Assembly (NCBI GenBank): GCA_963844635.1
Contig: CAWJPD010000003.1
Span: 1,247,680 to 1,311,679, forward strand
Reading direction: 5' to 3'
Source of the DNA: an uncultured Alphaproteobacteria bacterium
GTDB lineage: Bacteria; Pseudomonadota; Alphaproteobacteria; Rhizobiales; Xanthobacteraceae
DNA length: 64,000 nt
Under the pieces are notes generated by a model. It ran no database searches and had not been told where the DNA came from. It saw nothing but the letters and a program-made list of their open reading frames with translations. Position 1 is the stretch's first letter; each line of letters starts with the position of its first letter. Of the stretch, positions 12,714 to 24,124 are shown in pieces. Both the position numbers and the translations under genes were made by a program.

Positions 12714-12849
12714 GAGGATGATTACGGTGCGAGGCTATCGACCTGCCGCTTCGTAATCTTCGCCATAGAGAAAACCGCCGGCGCCGAGACTCCGTAGGCG
12801 CAAAATGCTAACACGGCAGCAATTCGACATAATTTGTAATCACGGTCCG

Positions 12850-12875
12850 GGGTTCGAATCCCTCAGCCCGCACCA
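12850..12875 (+). other. tRNA 3'-end fragment (T-loop, acceptor 3' strand, CCA); probable att remnant
   Basis: GGGTTCGAATCCCTCAGCCCGCACCA. No matching 5' acceptor strand (GCGGGCT) or D/anticodon arms lie upstream, so this is not an intact tRNA. Confidence 0.6.
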
Positions 12876-12984
12876 AGCAAGATTGTTGTCATCAAAGCGC
12901 AATGTCTAAATGGGCTTGCTCAGCGGCCGGCGGCTGGATGCCGAGCGCGGCTGACGGGGTGTGGTGCCGGTGTACGATCGAGAG

Positions 12985-15018
12985 ATGAAATTTTGGCTTT
13001 GCCGGACTGTGGCAATAGTGGTTGTCGCAGGAGGAGCCGCCAAGGGCGCGGACCTTCCGGTCCTGCCTGTACCGGATGCCTCGGCGGCAGCCCTCGGCGG
13101 CTGGTCCGGCTTTTACGCCGGCGCGCATCTCGGCTTTGCCGGCGGTCGTTCTGACTGGCGTTCTACGGGACTCGCTGGGGCACCCGATCTCTCGGGCTCG
13201 CTGGACTTCTTCCACGGCTACGACCCATTCAACGGCGCCGGCGGCCAATTCGGCGGCCTCACGGGCGGATTCAATTACATGCTCGGTCCGAGGCTGCTCC
13301 TCGGCGGCGAGGCCGACCTGTCCTTCCCCAGTACGCTTGGCGCATCTCAAAGCCTCCCCTCATTTCCAAGCGGTGTTTCCGGTTACGGCGACAGCGTCCT
13401 GACATCCGGCACGGTACGGGGCCGCATCGGCTATGATGCGAGCCATTGGCTCTATTACGTGACGGGCGAACTCGCGTGGACTTACGACGCGTTTACCGGG
13501 GCGCCCGTGAATTTATATCCTCTGGGGGTGCAAACCGGCGTCGTGCCGAACGCCTTTCTGGGACGCCTGGGGTGGGCGGCAGGTACCGGCATCGAGGTGC
13601 CGGTCGCGGCCGGTTGGAGCGCCAAATTTGAATACTTGTACGAACAGTTCGACCGCAGCGCGGTCGCCTTGCCGGGCGAGACATTCGCGTCGAACCTTTC
13701 GCTGCAGGAGGTCCGAGTCGGACTGAACGCCAAGCTCGGCCCCGGATCGGATGGCAACGTTCCGGCCGCGTCTTATTTCGACAGCGGCGATTGGATGGTC
13801 CGCGGCCAAACCACGTTCGTCAGCCAATACACCTTGCCATTCCGCTCGCCCTATCAAGGTCAGAACAGCCTCGTTCCCAACGAAGGACGTGAAACCGGGG
13901 ATGCCACGCTCTATGTGGGCCGGCGGCTATGGGATGGGGCCGAGCTCTGGGTTGATCCGGAAATCGACCAGGGTTTTGGCCTGAGCAACACGCTCGGCGT
14001 GGCGGGCTTCACCAGTGGAGAAGCCTACAAGGTCGGCTTCAGCTATCCCTATCTGCGACTGCCTCGCATGTTCGTGAGGCAAACCATCGACCTTGGCGGA
14101 GACAGCGTCAAGGTCGAGCCCGACCTCAATCAGTTCGGGGGAACGCAGACCGCCAACCGGCTGGTCATCACGATTGGGAAATACAGCGTCTCCGACCTGT
14201 TCGACACGATCGCTTATGCGCACGACCCGCGCACCGATTTCCTGAACTGGACCCTCGTCGATGCAGGCACCTTCGATTATGCCGCCGATGCGTGGGGTTT
14301 CACCTACGGAGCGACGGCCGAATGGTATCAGGGCGATTGGACGTTGCGCACCGGCCTGTTCGATCTTTCGGCCATTCCCAACAGCGCTGATCTCGACCCG
14401 ACCTTCGACCAGTTCCAGTTTGTCTATGAACTCCAGCACCGCCACGAGCTGTGGGGACAGCCGGGCATGCTGGCCGTGGTCGGGTATTTGACCCGCGGCC
14501 GAATGGGCCGGTTCGATGACGCGATCGCTCTCGCCGTTGAGACCGGAACGACGCCCTCAACGGCGCTGGTGCGCCAATACGCCAGCCGGCCCGGCGTGAA
14601 CCTCAATTTCGCGCAGCAGCTGACGCCCGGCATCGGAATATTCGCGCGTGCCGGCTGGGCGGATGGCAATTACGAACCCTATGAGTTCACGGACGTCGAT
14701 CGAACGGTTTCCGGCGGCGTATCGATTTCGGGCCGCTTCTGGAACCGAGCCGACGACACCCTGGGCATCGCTGGCGTTGTCAACGGCATTTCCAAGGTCC
14801 ACGAAGCGTATCTGAACGATGGCGGCCTCGGCATTCTGGTCGGCGACGGGCAATTGCCTCATCCGGGTCTCGAGCAAATCATCGAGACCTACTATAGCAT
14901 TTCGCTGCCGGCTGCATGGCGAGCGAGCGCAGACTACCAATTCATAATGAACCCGGCCTACAACCGCGACCGCGGTCCTGCTTCGGTCATCGCAGCGCGT
15001 TTTCACCGCGCGTTCTGA
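12985..15018 (+). CDS. Outer-membrane protein: N-terminal small beta-barrel (Omp25/RopB-like) fused to a C-terminal OprB-type carbohydrate porin
   Basis: Signal peptide MKFWLCRTVAIVVVAGGAAKGA. Residues about 30-260 end in ...SLQEVRVGLNAKLG, a complete small-barrel pattern. The remainder, ...DPEIDQGFGLSNTLGVAGF...ADYQFIMNPAYNRDRGPASVIAARFHRAF, is OprB-like. Confidence 0.7.
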   Translation: MKFWLCRTVAIVVVAGGAAKGADLPVLPVPDASAAALGGWSGFYAGAHLGFAGGRSDWRSTGLAGAPDLSGSLDFFHGYDPFNGAGGQFGGLTGGFNYMLGPRLLLGGEADLSFPSTLGASQSLPSFPSGVSGYGDSVLTSGTVRGRIGYDASHWLYYVTGELAWTYDAFTGAPVNLYPLGVQTGVVPNAFLGRLGWAAGTGIEVPVAAGWSAKFEYLYEQFDRSAVALPGETFASNLSLQEVRVGLNAKLGPGSDGNVPAASYFDSGDWMVRGQTTFVSQYTLPFRSPYQGQNSLVPNEGRETGDATLYVGRRLWDGAELWVDPEIDQGFGLSNTLGVAGFTSGEAYKVGFSYPYLRLPRMFVRQTIDLGGDSVKVEPDLNQFGGTQTANRLVITIGKYSVSDLFDTIAYAHDPRTDFLNWTLVDAGTFDYAADAWGFTYGATAEWYQGDWTLRTGLFDLSAIPNSADLDPTFDQFQFVYELQHRHELWGQPGMLAVVGYLTRGRMGRFDDAIALAVETGTTPSTALVRQYASRPGVNLNFAQQLTPGIGIFARAGWADGNYEPYEFTDVDRTVSGGVSISGRFWNRADDTLGIAGVVNGISKVHEAYLNDGGLGILVGDGQLPHPGLEQIIETYYSISLPAAWRASADYQFIMNPAYNRDRGPASVIAARFHRAF

Positions 15019-15259
15019 GGTCCGGTTAAGGGCCAGCTTGCAGGACCGCCGCACCCGCTGTTTTGACCCACAAACAAGACTTTTCGTGAACGGGTCATCC
15101 CGTTTGGACGAACTGCGCCGACAGCCGGTGTTCCACGAAATCCTTTGCAGGGGCCACGCGGCCATTGTCGCATCGGGAGGAAGTGGGCTGCGGGTGGCGT
15201 TGCAATAGGCTACTGTCCTCGCTTGGACGGACTGCATGCATCCAAGATGGGAGATGAGC

Positions 15260-16180
15260 ATGAATATGCGGTGGCATGTCATTGTGCTCGCGGCATTGAC
15301 GGCATTAGCGACACCGGTATTCGGCCAGGTACCGGCCCCTGCCAGCGGCGGCGCGGAAGGCAACGCATCGATCCCCGATTTGACCGGTTTCTGGGTGCAT
15401 CCATATTTCCCCGGCATTGAGCCGCCCCCATCGGGCGCGGGGCCGGTGTACAACAAGCAACGCCGTGCGAATGGCTCAGGCAATAACGGCCGGTTCGTGG
15501 GCGATTATACCAATCCGATTCTGAAGCCTGCGACCGCTGCCGTGGTGAAAAAGCTCGGCGAAATCTCGCTGTCCGGCATGACTTATCCAACGCCCAGCAA
15601 TCGATGCTGGCCCTCCGGGGTGCCATACATTTTCTTCCAACCTGGCATGGTGATGCTGCAACAGACACATCAGATCGTTTTCCTCTATATGCGGGATCAT
15701 GAATTTCGTCATGTGCGTCTGAACGAGCCGCATCCGGCAAAGGTGACGCCGTCCTGGTACGGAGATTCCGTGGGGCACTACGAAGGCGACACGCTGGTGA
15801 TCGATACCATCGGGGTCAAGGCGGATCGGCCTCTCGCCATGGTCGATATGTACGGCGCCCCTTTCAGCGCAGCGCTTCACGTGGTGGAACGCTATCGGAT
15901 GGTCGATTATGACGAGGCGCAGGCGGCGGTCACGCGCAACCTCAGAGAGAATGCACGTGTTCCCGACACCGCTTCTGATCTCACCTACCAGGGCAAGCGG
16001 CTTCAACTTGTTTTCCGGGTTGAGGATCACGAAGCCTTTACGATGCCGTGGTCCGCGGCGATTACTTACGAGCGTCCGGGACAGGGCTGGATCGAGATCG
16101 CTTGTCCCGAAAACACCTTCGAGTTCTTCGCGGGCAAGAACGACGCCAACGTTCCCATTGCGAACCGACCTGATTTTTAA
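15260..16180 (+). CDS. Exported conserved hypothetical protein
   Basis: Signal peptide MNMRWHVIVLAALTALATPVFGQ. GC3-rich ORF with no recognisable motif. The start could also be 15254 or 15266. Confidence 0.6.
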   Translation: MNMRWHVIVLAALTALATPVFGQVPAPASGGAEGNASIPDLTGFWVHPYFPGIEPPPSGAGPVYNKQRRANGSGNNGRFVGDYTNPILKPATAAVVKKLGEISLSGMTYPTPSNRCWPSGVPYIFFQPGMVMLQQTHQIVFLYMRDHEFRHVRLNEPHPAKVTPSWYGDSVGHYEGDTLVIDTIGVKADRPLAMVDMYGAPFSAALHVVERYRMVDYDEAQAAVTRNLRENARVPDTASDLTYQGKRLQLVFRVEDHEAFTMPWSAAITYERPGQGWIEIACPENTFEFFAGKNDANVPIANRPDF

Positions 16181-16276
16181 TCATGCAACCCTGTCGTCCG
16201 TTACCTCAATCGAGGCAATATACGACAGGAGCGCCGTGCACCTCCGGACTTTCCGCGCGACCTGATAGCTCCGTGG

Positions 16277-16969
16277 TCATGACCTCGCGAAAAGTGCGCG
16301 CGGGTCAGCGGAAGCGGTCATAGGAAAGGTCCGGCCGGAAAGCGCCGAATGTTTGGTATTCGGCATAAACCTGGAGAGGCGGCACCAGGGCGACAGGCTT
16401 CGAGGCCGAGCGGCGACTGTGGGGCTGGCCGTCGAGGCGGAGCGTTTCTCGGCGGGAGAAGGGATAGAAGCGACTTGGCCGGATACTGCGCGCCTTGTCG
16501 GAGCGCTATGCGTGCCGGCGGCGGCGGCGAGCGAGGCGTCGCCGGTGAGCACCACCCGCGTATTGGCAAGTCCCTGTTCGCGGACCACAGCATACAGCTT
16601 TTCCGCGTTTTCCCGCGCGAGACGCACGCACCCATGCGACGCCGGAGTGCCGAGCTGCCGGACGCTCGCGGTACCATGAATGGCATGCCCGTTCTCGGTG
16701 AAAAAGATAGAATAAGGCATCGGCGCATTATCCCATTCCTTGGAGATATGCTCGGCGTCCGTCCAGATCGGCTTGAAGCTGCCGCTGGGGGTTTCGTGGC
16801 CGATGCGGCCGGTTGAAACCGGCCAGCTCCAGCGTGACACGCCATCGACCTCCACGGACATATGCTGGTTCGATTTATCGATGGTGATGAGAACGTCGGC
16901 GGCGGCGTGCGAGGCGGTCAGCAAGAACGACGTCGCGAAGGTCGCCGCGGTGATTGAAGCAGAGCGCAT
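16277..16969 (-). CDS. L,D-transpeptidase (YkuD domain)
   Basis: Signal peptide plus ...HAIHGTASVRQLGTPASHGCVRLARENAEKLY, the H-x(n)-SHGC catalytic motif. Confidence 0.85.
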   Translation of the reverse strand: MRSASITAATFATSFLLTASHAAADVLITIDKSNQHMSVEVDGVSRWSWPVSTGRIGHETPSGSFKPIWTDAEHISKEWDNAPMPYSIFFTENGHAIHGTASVRQLGTPASHGCVRLARENAEKLYAVVREQGLANTRVVLTGDASLAAAAGTHSAPTRRAVSGQVASIPSPAEKRSASTASPTVAARPRSLSPWCRLSRFMPNTKHSALSGRTFPMTASADPRALFARS

Positions 16970-17085
16970 GGGTTCTTTCCCTTTGCAGAAAGGCTCGCCC
17001 CATCAATTTCCCACGCCGGAAATCTTTCCATTCTCACGCGTTAGCTATTCTTTATGCTTAAGAAAGTGTTGCCGCCCACAATACG

Positions 17086-17107
17086 CCGGCAGATCGATGA
17101 CTGCCGG
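17086..17107 (-). terminator. 7-bp GC hairpin (CCGGCAG/CTGCCGG) 22 nt downstream of hypB
   Basis: Read directly from the sequence. No U-tract follows, so this is tentative. Confidence 0.35.
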
Positions 17108-17128
17108 TCAGATCACCTCCGCGTCAGG

Positions 17129-18147
<1,019 letters not shown>

Positions 18148-18148
<1 letters not shown>

Positions 18149-18487
18149 CAGACGTCCTCGTCAATTTCTATGCTTTTGAGGTTGAGCCTCTTCGCCCGCG
18201 AGACGTTCAAACCGCAGCGACCCGCAACCGCAAGTCGTCAGCATGTCAGGAGTGGCGAATTCCTGGCCGCAGGCTTCGCAGCGAGCCACTCCTTCAATCT
18301 CGGTAATTGCGAGGTCGGCCGTCTCGACGCTGGTGCCGCGGGCAACTTCGGGAAAGCAGAACGCGAGCGCCTCCAGCACGACGCCCGAGAGTTTCCCGAC
18401 TTCAAGGTTGACGCGCGCGACCCGATGTCCGCGCGAAGCTTCCGCGGCTAGCTCCACGATGCTGCTGGCGATGGCGAGTTCGTGCAT
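18148..18487 (-). pseudogene. hypA: Hydrogenase nickel chaperone HypA with a frameshift about 13 codons from the 3' end (near 18184-18190)
   Basis: MHELAIASSIVE...CEACG...CGCGS. As written the ORF ends ...AGEEAQPQKHRN at 18161. Removing one base gives ...GEELNLKSIEIDEDV with a stop overlapping the hypB ATG (TGATG), the canonical HypA end. Confidence 0.8.
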
Positions 18488-18495
18488 GGCGATGC

Positions 18496-19562
18496 TCAAC
18501 AAATCCGCGGCAATTGTTCCCCGACCAGCATGTCCACGATGCGGTTGCCGCCGAACACCGTGCGCATGGTGACGCGCCCAGGCTCACCCGAGGTGACCCG
18601 CCCAATTGCGCGGGCGTCTTGTCCGAGTGGATGGGACCGCATTGCCGCAAGCGCCCCGTCCGCCCTCCCGGCGGGTACGATGGCGACGATCTTTCCTTCG
18701 TTCGCGAGATACAACGGATCGAGCCCAAAATTTCGCAGAAGCCGCGAACGCCATCCCGGATCGGCGTCGCGGCCTCCTCGATCTCGATTGCGGTCGCTGA
18801 GGCGTCGGCGATTTCGTTCAGCACGGTCGCAATGCCGCCGCGCGTCGGATCGCGGATGAAGCGGGTGTCCGGCGCCACTGCCAGCAGTTCGGCGATCAAA
18901 TTATGCAATGGTGCGCAGTCGCTGACCACGGGCGTCTCCAGCAACATGTCGCCGCGGGCGCCGAGAATGGCGGCCCCGTGATCTCCCAGCACGCCATTGA
19001 CGAGGACGACATCGCCGGCCTCAACCTCATGCGCCCCGAGATCGATGCCGGTGCGAATGGTTCCGATGCCCGTCGTGGTGATGAACATCTTGTCGCAAGC
19101 GCCTTTGTTCACGATCTTGGTATCCCCTGTCACGATCTCCACACCCGCCTCCCGCGCGGTTTGTGCCATCGAACGCGCGATGTCGCGGAGCAGATCGACC
19201 GACATTCCTTCCTCGATGATCGCCGCGCAGGAGAGATAGAGAGGGATCGCGCCGCCAACGGCGAGATCGTTCACCGTGCCGCAGACCGCAAGCTTGCCGA
19301 TGTCGCCTCCCGGAAAGATCAGCGGATCGACGACGAAGGAGTCCGTGGTGAAGGCCAGCCGGTTGCCATGGCGCGACAGCGTTGCGAAATCGATCCGCGC
19401 CTGGTCATCGAGCGGTGCGAGCAGCGGGTTGTCGAAGGCCGTAACGAAGACATCGTCGATGAGGTCCTTCATCGCCTTGCCGCCGCCGCCATGGGCCAGC
19501 GTCACGGTCGGCACATGGAGCTTCCCGCGCTGGCGTTGCGGCACGAATGGAACGACATTCAT
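18496..19562 (-). pseudogene. hypE: Hydrogenase maturation protein HypE, interrupted by a 1-nt deletion near 18721-18726
   Basis: ORF 18402-19562 reads ...VRGFCEILG then leaves the frame. ORF 18496-18714 supplies (DP)LYLANEGKIVAIVPAGRADGALAAMRSHPLG...MLVGEQLPRIC, the canonical HypE C-terminus. Confidence 0.85.
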
Positions 19563-20710
19563 GCCGCGCCTGCCCGCAATTTTGCGTCATCGCTCTGCCG
19601 CTTGATGCCGCCATATTGATAGTAGGCCGAACAAGCGCCTTCGGACGACACCATCAGCGCGCCGAGCGGCATCTCCGGGGTGCAGGCGGTGCCGAACACC
19701 TTGCACTGCCATGGTTTGATCACCCCTTTGAGCACTTCGCCGCATTGGCAGGATTTCGGGTCGGCGATCCTGGCGTTCGGCACCTCAAATTTTCGCTCGG
19801 CATCGAAGGGCGCGTATTGCGCGCGCATTCGCACACCGGAATGGTCGATCGAGCCGAGGCCACGCCATTCGAAGAATTCGCGCAACTCGTAGACTTGTGC
19901 CACGGCTTTCAAGGCAGGAAAATTGCCGGACTCCGGTACGATGCGCGCATACTGGTTTTCGATTTCACAGCGTTTCTCGGCGATCTGCTTCAGCACCATC
20001 CACACCGATTGCAGGATGTCGAGCGGCTCGAATCCGGAAATCACCATCGGTTTGTTGTAATAGCGCGCCACGAACTCATAGGGCGCAGTGCCGGTCACCA
20101 TCGAGACGTGGCCGGGGCCCAGAAAGCCGTCGAGATGCAAGTCAGGGCTATCGAGGATCGCCTTGATGGTCGGAACGATGGTGATGTGATTGCAGAACAC
20201 CGAGAAGTTCGTGACCCCCTCGCGTTCCGCGGCAAGGATGGTGAGCGCCGTCGACGGCATTGTGGTTTCGAAGCCGATGCCGAAGAAAACCACTTCGCGT
20301 GTGGGATTACGCCGCGCCAGGGCGAGTGCATCCATCGGCGAGTACACCATGCGGATGTCGGCGCCGTCGGCCTTGGCCTGCAGCAGGCTCTTGCGCGAGC
20401 CGGGCACCCGCATCGCATCGCCGAAGGTGGTGAAAATCACCTCCTTGCGCTCGGCGATCGACACGCAGTCATCCACTCGACCCATTGGCAGCACGCAGAC
20501 CGGGCAACCCGGTCCGTGCACGAGCTCGATCGATTTGGGCAGCATACCTTCGATGCCGTAGCGGAAGATCGAATGGGTATGTCCGCCGCACACCTCCATG
20601 ATCTGGATCGGCCGCTGCTCGCCCCGCTTGAGGCCGGTGGCCAGGCGTTCGATCTCGTGCACGAGGACCATCGCCTTGTCCCGGTCGCGGTACTCGTCGA
20701 TGTATTTCAT
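19559..20710 (-). CDS. hypD: Hydrogenase maturation protein HypD
   Basis: MKYIDEYRD...MEVCGGHTHSI...HGPGCPVCV...FFGIGFETT...PGHVS. ATG 20710 overlaps the upstream stop (ATGA). Confidence 0.92.
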   Translation of the reverse strand: MKYIDEYRDRDKAMVLVHEIERLATGLKRGEQRPIQIMEVCGGHTHSIFRYGIEGMLPKSIELVHGPGCPVCVLPMGRVDDCVSIAERKEVIFTTFGDAMRVPGSRKSLLQAKADGADIRMVYSPMDALALARRNPTREVVFFGIGFETTMPSTALTILAAEREGVTNFSVFCNHITIVPTIKAILDSPDLHLDGFLGPGHVSMVTGTAPYEFVARYYNKPMVISGFEPLDILQSVWMVLKQIAEKRCEIENQYARIVPESGNFPALKAVAQVYELREFFEWRGLGSIDHSGVRMRAQYAPFDAERKFEVPNARIADPKSCQCGEVLKGVIKPWQCKVFGTACTPEMPLGALMVSSEGACSAYYQYGGIKRQSDDAKLRAGAA

Positions 20711-21402
20711 GGCGCGGACTCCCGGGCGACGGCCGCGCCCCTGTCGTCGGCAAGCAAGGTGTGCACAAGGTCCCAAAGAATGTGATAGGCGGCAACGTGG
20801 CACTCCTGGATGCGATGAATCGAGGTGGTCGGCACCACGAGACAATGGTCGCAGACGCCGCTCGATTTCATCCTGCCGCCATCGCCGCCCGATAGCCCGA
20901 TGGTGACGAGACCCATTTCCTTCGCTTTGGCGAATGCCGCCATCAGGTTGGAGGAGTTGCCGCTGGTCGAGATGCCGATCAGGCCGTCGCCCGCTTTGCC
21001 CTGGGCAATGATCTGGCGGACAAAGACGTGTTCGAAGCCGACATCGTTGCCCACCGCCGAAATCATCGCGAGGTCGGCAACGAGATTGATGGCCGCGAGC
21101 GCGGGCCGTCCGGCGGTGATCGGATGCACGAATTCGACGGCAACGTGGGAAGCATCACAACTCGAGCCGCCATTGCCCATCGAGAACATGCGGCCGCCGC
21201 GCCGGTACACTTCGGCGAGCGCCTTCGCAGCGGCAACCAGAATGCCAGCTTGATCGCCGAAGAAGCGCGCATTGGTCTCGCGCGAATCGCGCGCTTTTTC
21301 CTCGACAGAGTGAAGCAATGCCTTGCCCAGTGCCATCGGGTCCTGCGTTCGTCGGTGCAGGAACGGGTAAAGCTCGGCGAGGGGATTGTTGTCGCCATTC
21401 AT
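20707..21402 (-). CDS. SIS-domain protein (GmhA / phosphoheptose-isomerase-like) embedded in the hyp operon
   Basis: ...GGRMFSMGNGGSSCDASHVAVEF...GLIGISTSGNSSNLMAAFAKAKEMGLVTIGLSGGDGG... Four-nucleotide overlaps with hypC upstream and hypD downstream. Confidence 0.8.
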   Translation of the reverse strand: MNGDNNPLAELYPFLHRRTQDPMALGKALLHSVEEKARDSRETNARFFGDQAGILVAAAKALAEVYRRGGRMFSMGNGGSSCDASHVAVEFVHPITAGRPALAAINLVADLAMISAVGNDVGFEHVFVRQIIAQGKAGDGLIGISTSGNSSNLMAAFAKAKEMGLVTIGLSGGDGGRMKSSGVCDHCLVVPTTSIHRIQECHVAAYHILWDLVHTLLADDRGAAVARESAP

Positions 21403-21710
21403 GGCGATCGCTCCTCCTCGAACGCCAGATTCGGCAGGGCGCCCGAGCGCATGCTCTCGAGCTCGGCCTGCGCTTCGCCGAGTTCCTGCAGGATTTTCAA
21501 CGTTTCGGCCGCCTGCTCGGCATCGATCCGGCTCATCGCAAAGCCGACATGCACGAGAACCCAATCTCCAAGGCACTTTTCCGGCGGATGATCGTCGTCG
21601 ACGATGCAGCTGATGTTGATCTGGCGACGTACACCGCAGACGTCCACCATCGCCACCATGTTTTCCGCATCGTTTATTGCGATGATGCAGCCTGGAATGC
21701 CAAGGCACAT
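21399..21710 (-). CDS. hypC: Hydrogenase assembly chaperone HypC/HupF family
   Basis: N-terminal MCLGIPG signature; 103 aa. Confidence 0.9.
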   Translation of the reverse strand: MCLGIPGCIIAINDAENMVAMVDVCGVRRQINISCIVDDDHPPEKCLGDWVLVHVGFAMSRIDAEQAAETLKILQELGEAQAELESMRSGALPNLAFEEERSP

Positions 21711-24110
21711 GGCGGGCCCTTTCTGTTGATCGGATTTTCAGCCTGGATCAGTTGTGCCGCCGCGACGGCCGCCTGGCCTAACGAAAGCCCGCCATCATTG
21801 GCGGGAACCTCGCTGTGACTGAGCACAGCGAAACCGCCCTCCTGAAAGCGGCCGGCGACGCCCTCCAACAGCGTGCGATTCTGGAAACAGCCGCCGGTAA
21901 GGGCGACGGTGTCGAACAAGCGCACGCCCGGCGTCGCCTCGGTGAGGCGCTTGACAACCGCGACGATCGCCTCTGTTAACGCGGCATGAAAGGCTTGAGC
22001 CATGATGGGCGACGGCATGCCGCGGTCCAGATCGCTCAGCAGCGCCGGCCACATCGGTGTCGGATCGATTTCCCACCTTCGGTCGGGGCATTGCGCGACA
22101 TCCATGACGTAGGCGGCATCGCATGCTTCCGCGCCCCGCTCGGCGAGCGTCTCCAGGCGCGCCGCCGCCTCACCCTCGTAGCCCTGCCGATCAGGGCAAA
22201 GGGCGAGCGCCGCGGCAACGGCATCGAACAGGCGACCGCAGGACGAGGTCTGCGGTGAATTGAGCTGCCCTGCAAGCATCGCGTCGAGCGTGGCGATCGG
22301 CTTGGAACCCAAGTAGGCGTAAAGCTCCGACCCGCACGCTTGCAATGCAGTCGCGGAAGAGCCGAAAGCAGCAATGAGCTGGGCATAGAGATTGCGCCAA
22401 GGTTCGCGCATCGCCGCCGCTCCTCCCGGCAGCGCGACGGGCTTCAGATTGGCAACGCGGCGATAGCCGAAATAATCCGCGAGCAGAAACTCGCCGCCCC
22501 AGATCGTCCCATCGTCCCCGAGACCGGCGCCGTCGAGCACGATCCCGAGCACCGGACCGGCGTCGATCGGCCGGCCACTCTCGGCAAGGCAGGCGGCGAC
22601 GTGAGCGTGATGGTGTTGGACGGAAAGTATTGGGAGGTCACGGCGCTGCGCATCGGCACGGCCCCATTTCGTCGACAAATATTCGGGATGGCGATCGACA
22701 GCGATGGCCGTGGGCGCGTGGTCGAACATCTGCGCATAGAGTCTCAGGCTGCGGCGATACGCATCCAAGGTCGGTGTATTTTCGAGATCGCCCTGGTGCT
22801 GCGAAAGGATCGCGTTCCCATCCTTGATCAGGCAGAACGTGGCCTTCGAGCTCTCCGCCGGCGGCGACAATCTCTGGCGCGTTCTCAAAGCCGGCAGGGA
22901 GAGGGATCGGCACCGGCGCATAACCGCGCGCGCGCCGCAGTATCCGCGGCTTGCCGGCCATGACGCGCAGCACCGAATCGTCGAGCCGGTTGGCGATCTC
23001 GCGATCGTGTATCAGTGCATAAGCCGCAATCCCCGAGAGTTTGGCCCGCGCCTCGTCGTCGTCGATCAGGGGCGGCTCCTGCGAAATGTTGCCGCTCGTC
23101 ATGACGAGTGGTGCCTCGCTGTCCTCTGCCAAAAGCCGGTGCAGCGGGGTGGTTGGCAGCATGAAACCCAGCATATCGAGTCCCGGCGCGATGGCGGCGG
23201 GCAGCTGGCGCGGTCCGTTGGCGCGCATCAGAACGATCGGACCTTGCACGCCCGCGAGTTCGCGCTCCTCCGCCGAGGTCACGGTGCAATAGCGGCGGAT
23301 CATCGCGGTATCGCGGGCCATCAGCGCGAACGGCTTGGCATCGCGGCGTTTCAGGCGGCGCAAACGGCCAACCGTTTCTGCATTGGCCGCGTCACAGGCA
23401 AGGTGATAGCCGCCCAGCGCTTTGACGGCGACAATCTCGCCCACCGCAATCAGCGACGCCGCCAGCTTCACATCATCAAGGCCCGGCGCTCGCTTTAACT
23501 CCCGGCCGTCGAGAGGGACCAGCACCGCTGCGGGCCCGCAGGCCTGGCAGGCAATCGGCTCGGCGTGGAAACGCCGGTCGCGCGGATCGCGATACTCCGT
23601 TGCGCAAGCCTTGCAGCAGGGAAACCGTGCCATCGTCGTGCTGGACCGGTCATATGGCACTCCCGTCACGATGGTCAGGCGCGGGCCGCAGCGGGTGCAA
23701 TTGATAAAGGGGTAACGATAGCGCCGGTCGGCGGGATCGAGCAATTCGCGAGCGCAGGCCGCACAGATGGCCGCATCCGGGGCGATCTGGGTGTGGCTTG
23801 GGCCGGGCACGCTGTCGAGAATGCGGAATTCTGCGGGTAATGATCCGGAATAGGCCCGCCGCTCGATGCGCTCGATGTGGGCCAGCGGGGGCAGGGCGCT
23901 CCTGATGCGATCGAAAAAGGCGCCGACGCGCTCGCCATCGTCATCGACTCGCAGGAGCACGCCATCGCCGTCGTTCAAGACCTCGCCGCCGAGGCCAAGG
24001 TCGCGCGCAACACGCCACGCCGTCGGCCGGAAGCCGACGCCCTGCACCCGGCCGCGGATGCGAAACTCAAGCGCCTTTCTCCCGCTGGGAGCGGCGGCCA
24101 GCGTCTTCAT
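21674..24110 (-). pseudogene. hypF: Carbamoyltransferase HypF, interrupted by a 1-nt insertion near 22845-22848
   Basis: ORF 22638-24110 contains the acylphosphatase domain (RIRGRVQGVGFRP), zinc fingers (CAAC..., CTRCGPR, CKAC, CQACGP) and a YrdC-like domain, up to ...AAGGEL. ORF 21674-22921 continues KATFCLIKDGNAILSQHQGDLEN...VQHHHAH... Confidence 0.88.
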
Positions 24111-24124
24111 GCGCCCGCGGGCTC

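Noticed and set aside
12800-12875. Intact tRNA or two-piece tmRNA acceptor piece
   Set aside because: Only the T-loop, 3' acceptor strand and CCA are present. No complementary 5' acceptor strand lies within 100 nt upstream. The position 49:65 pair is mismatched, and no tag-peptide reading frame or coding piece follows.
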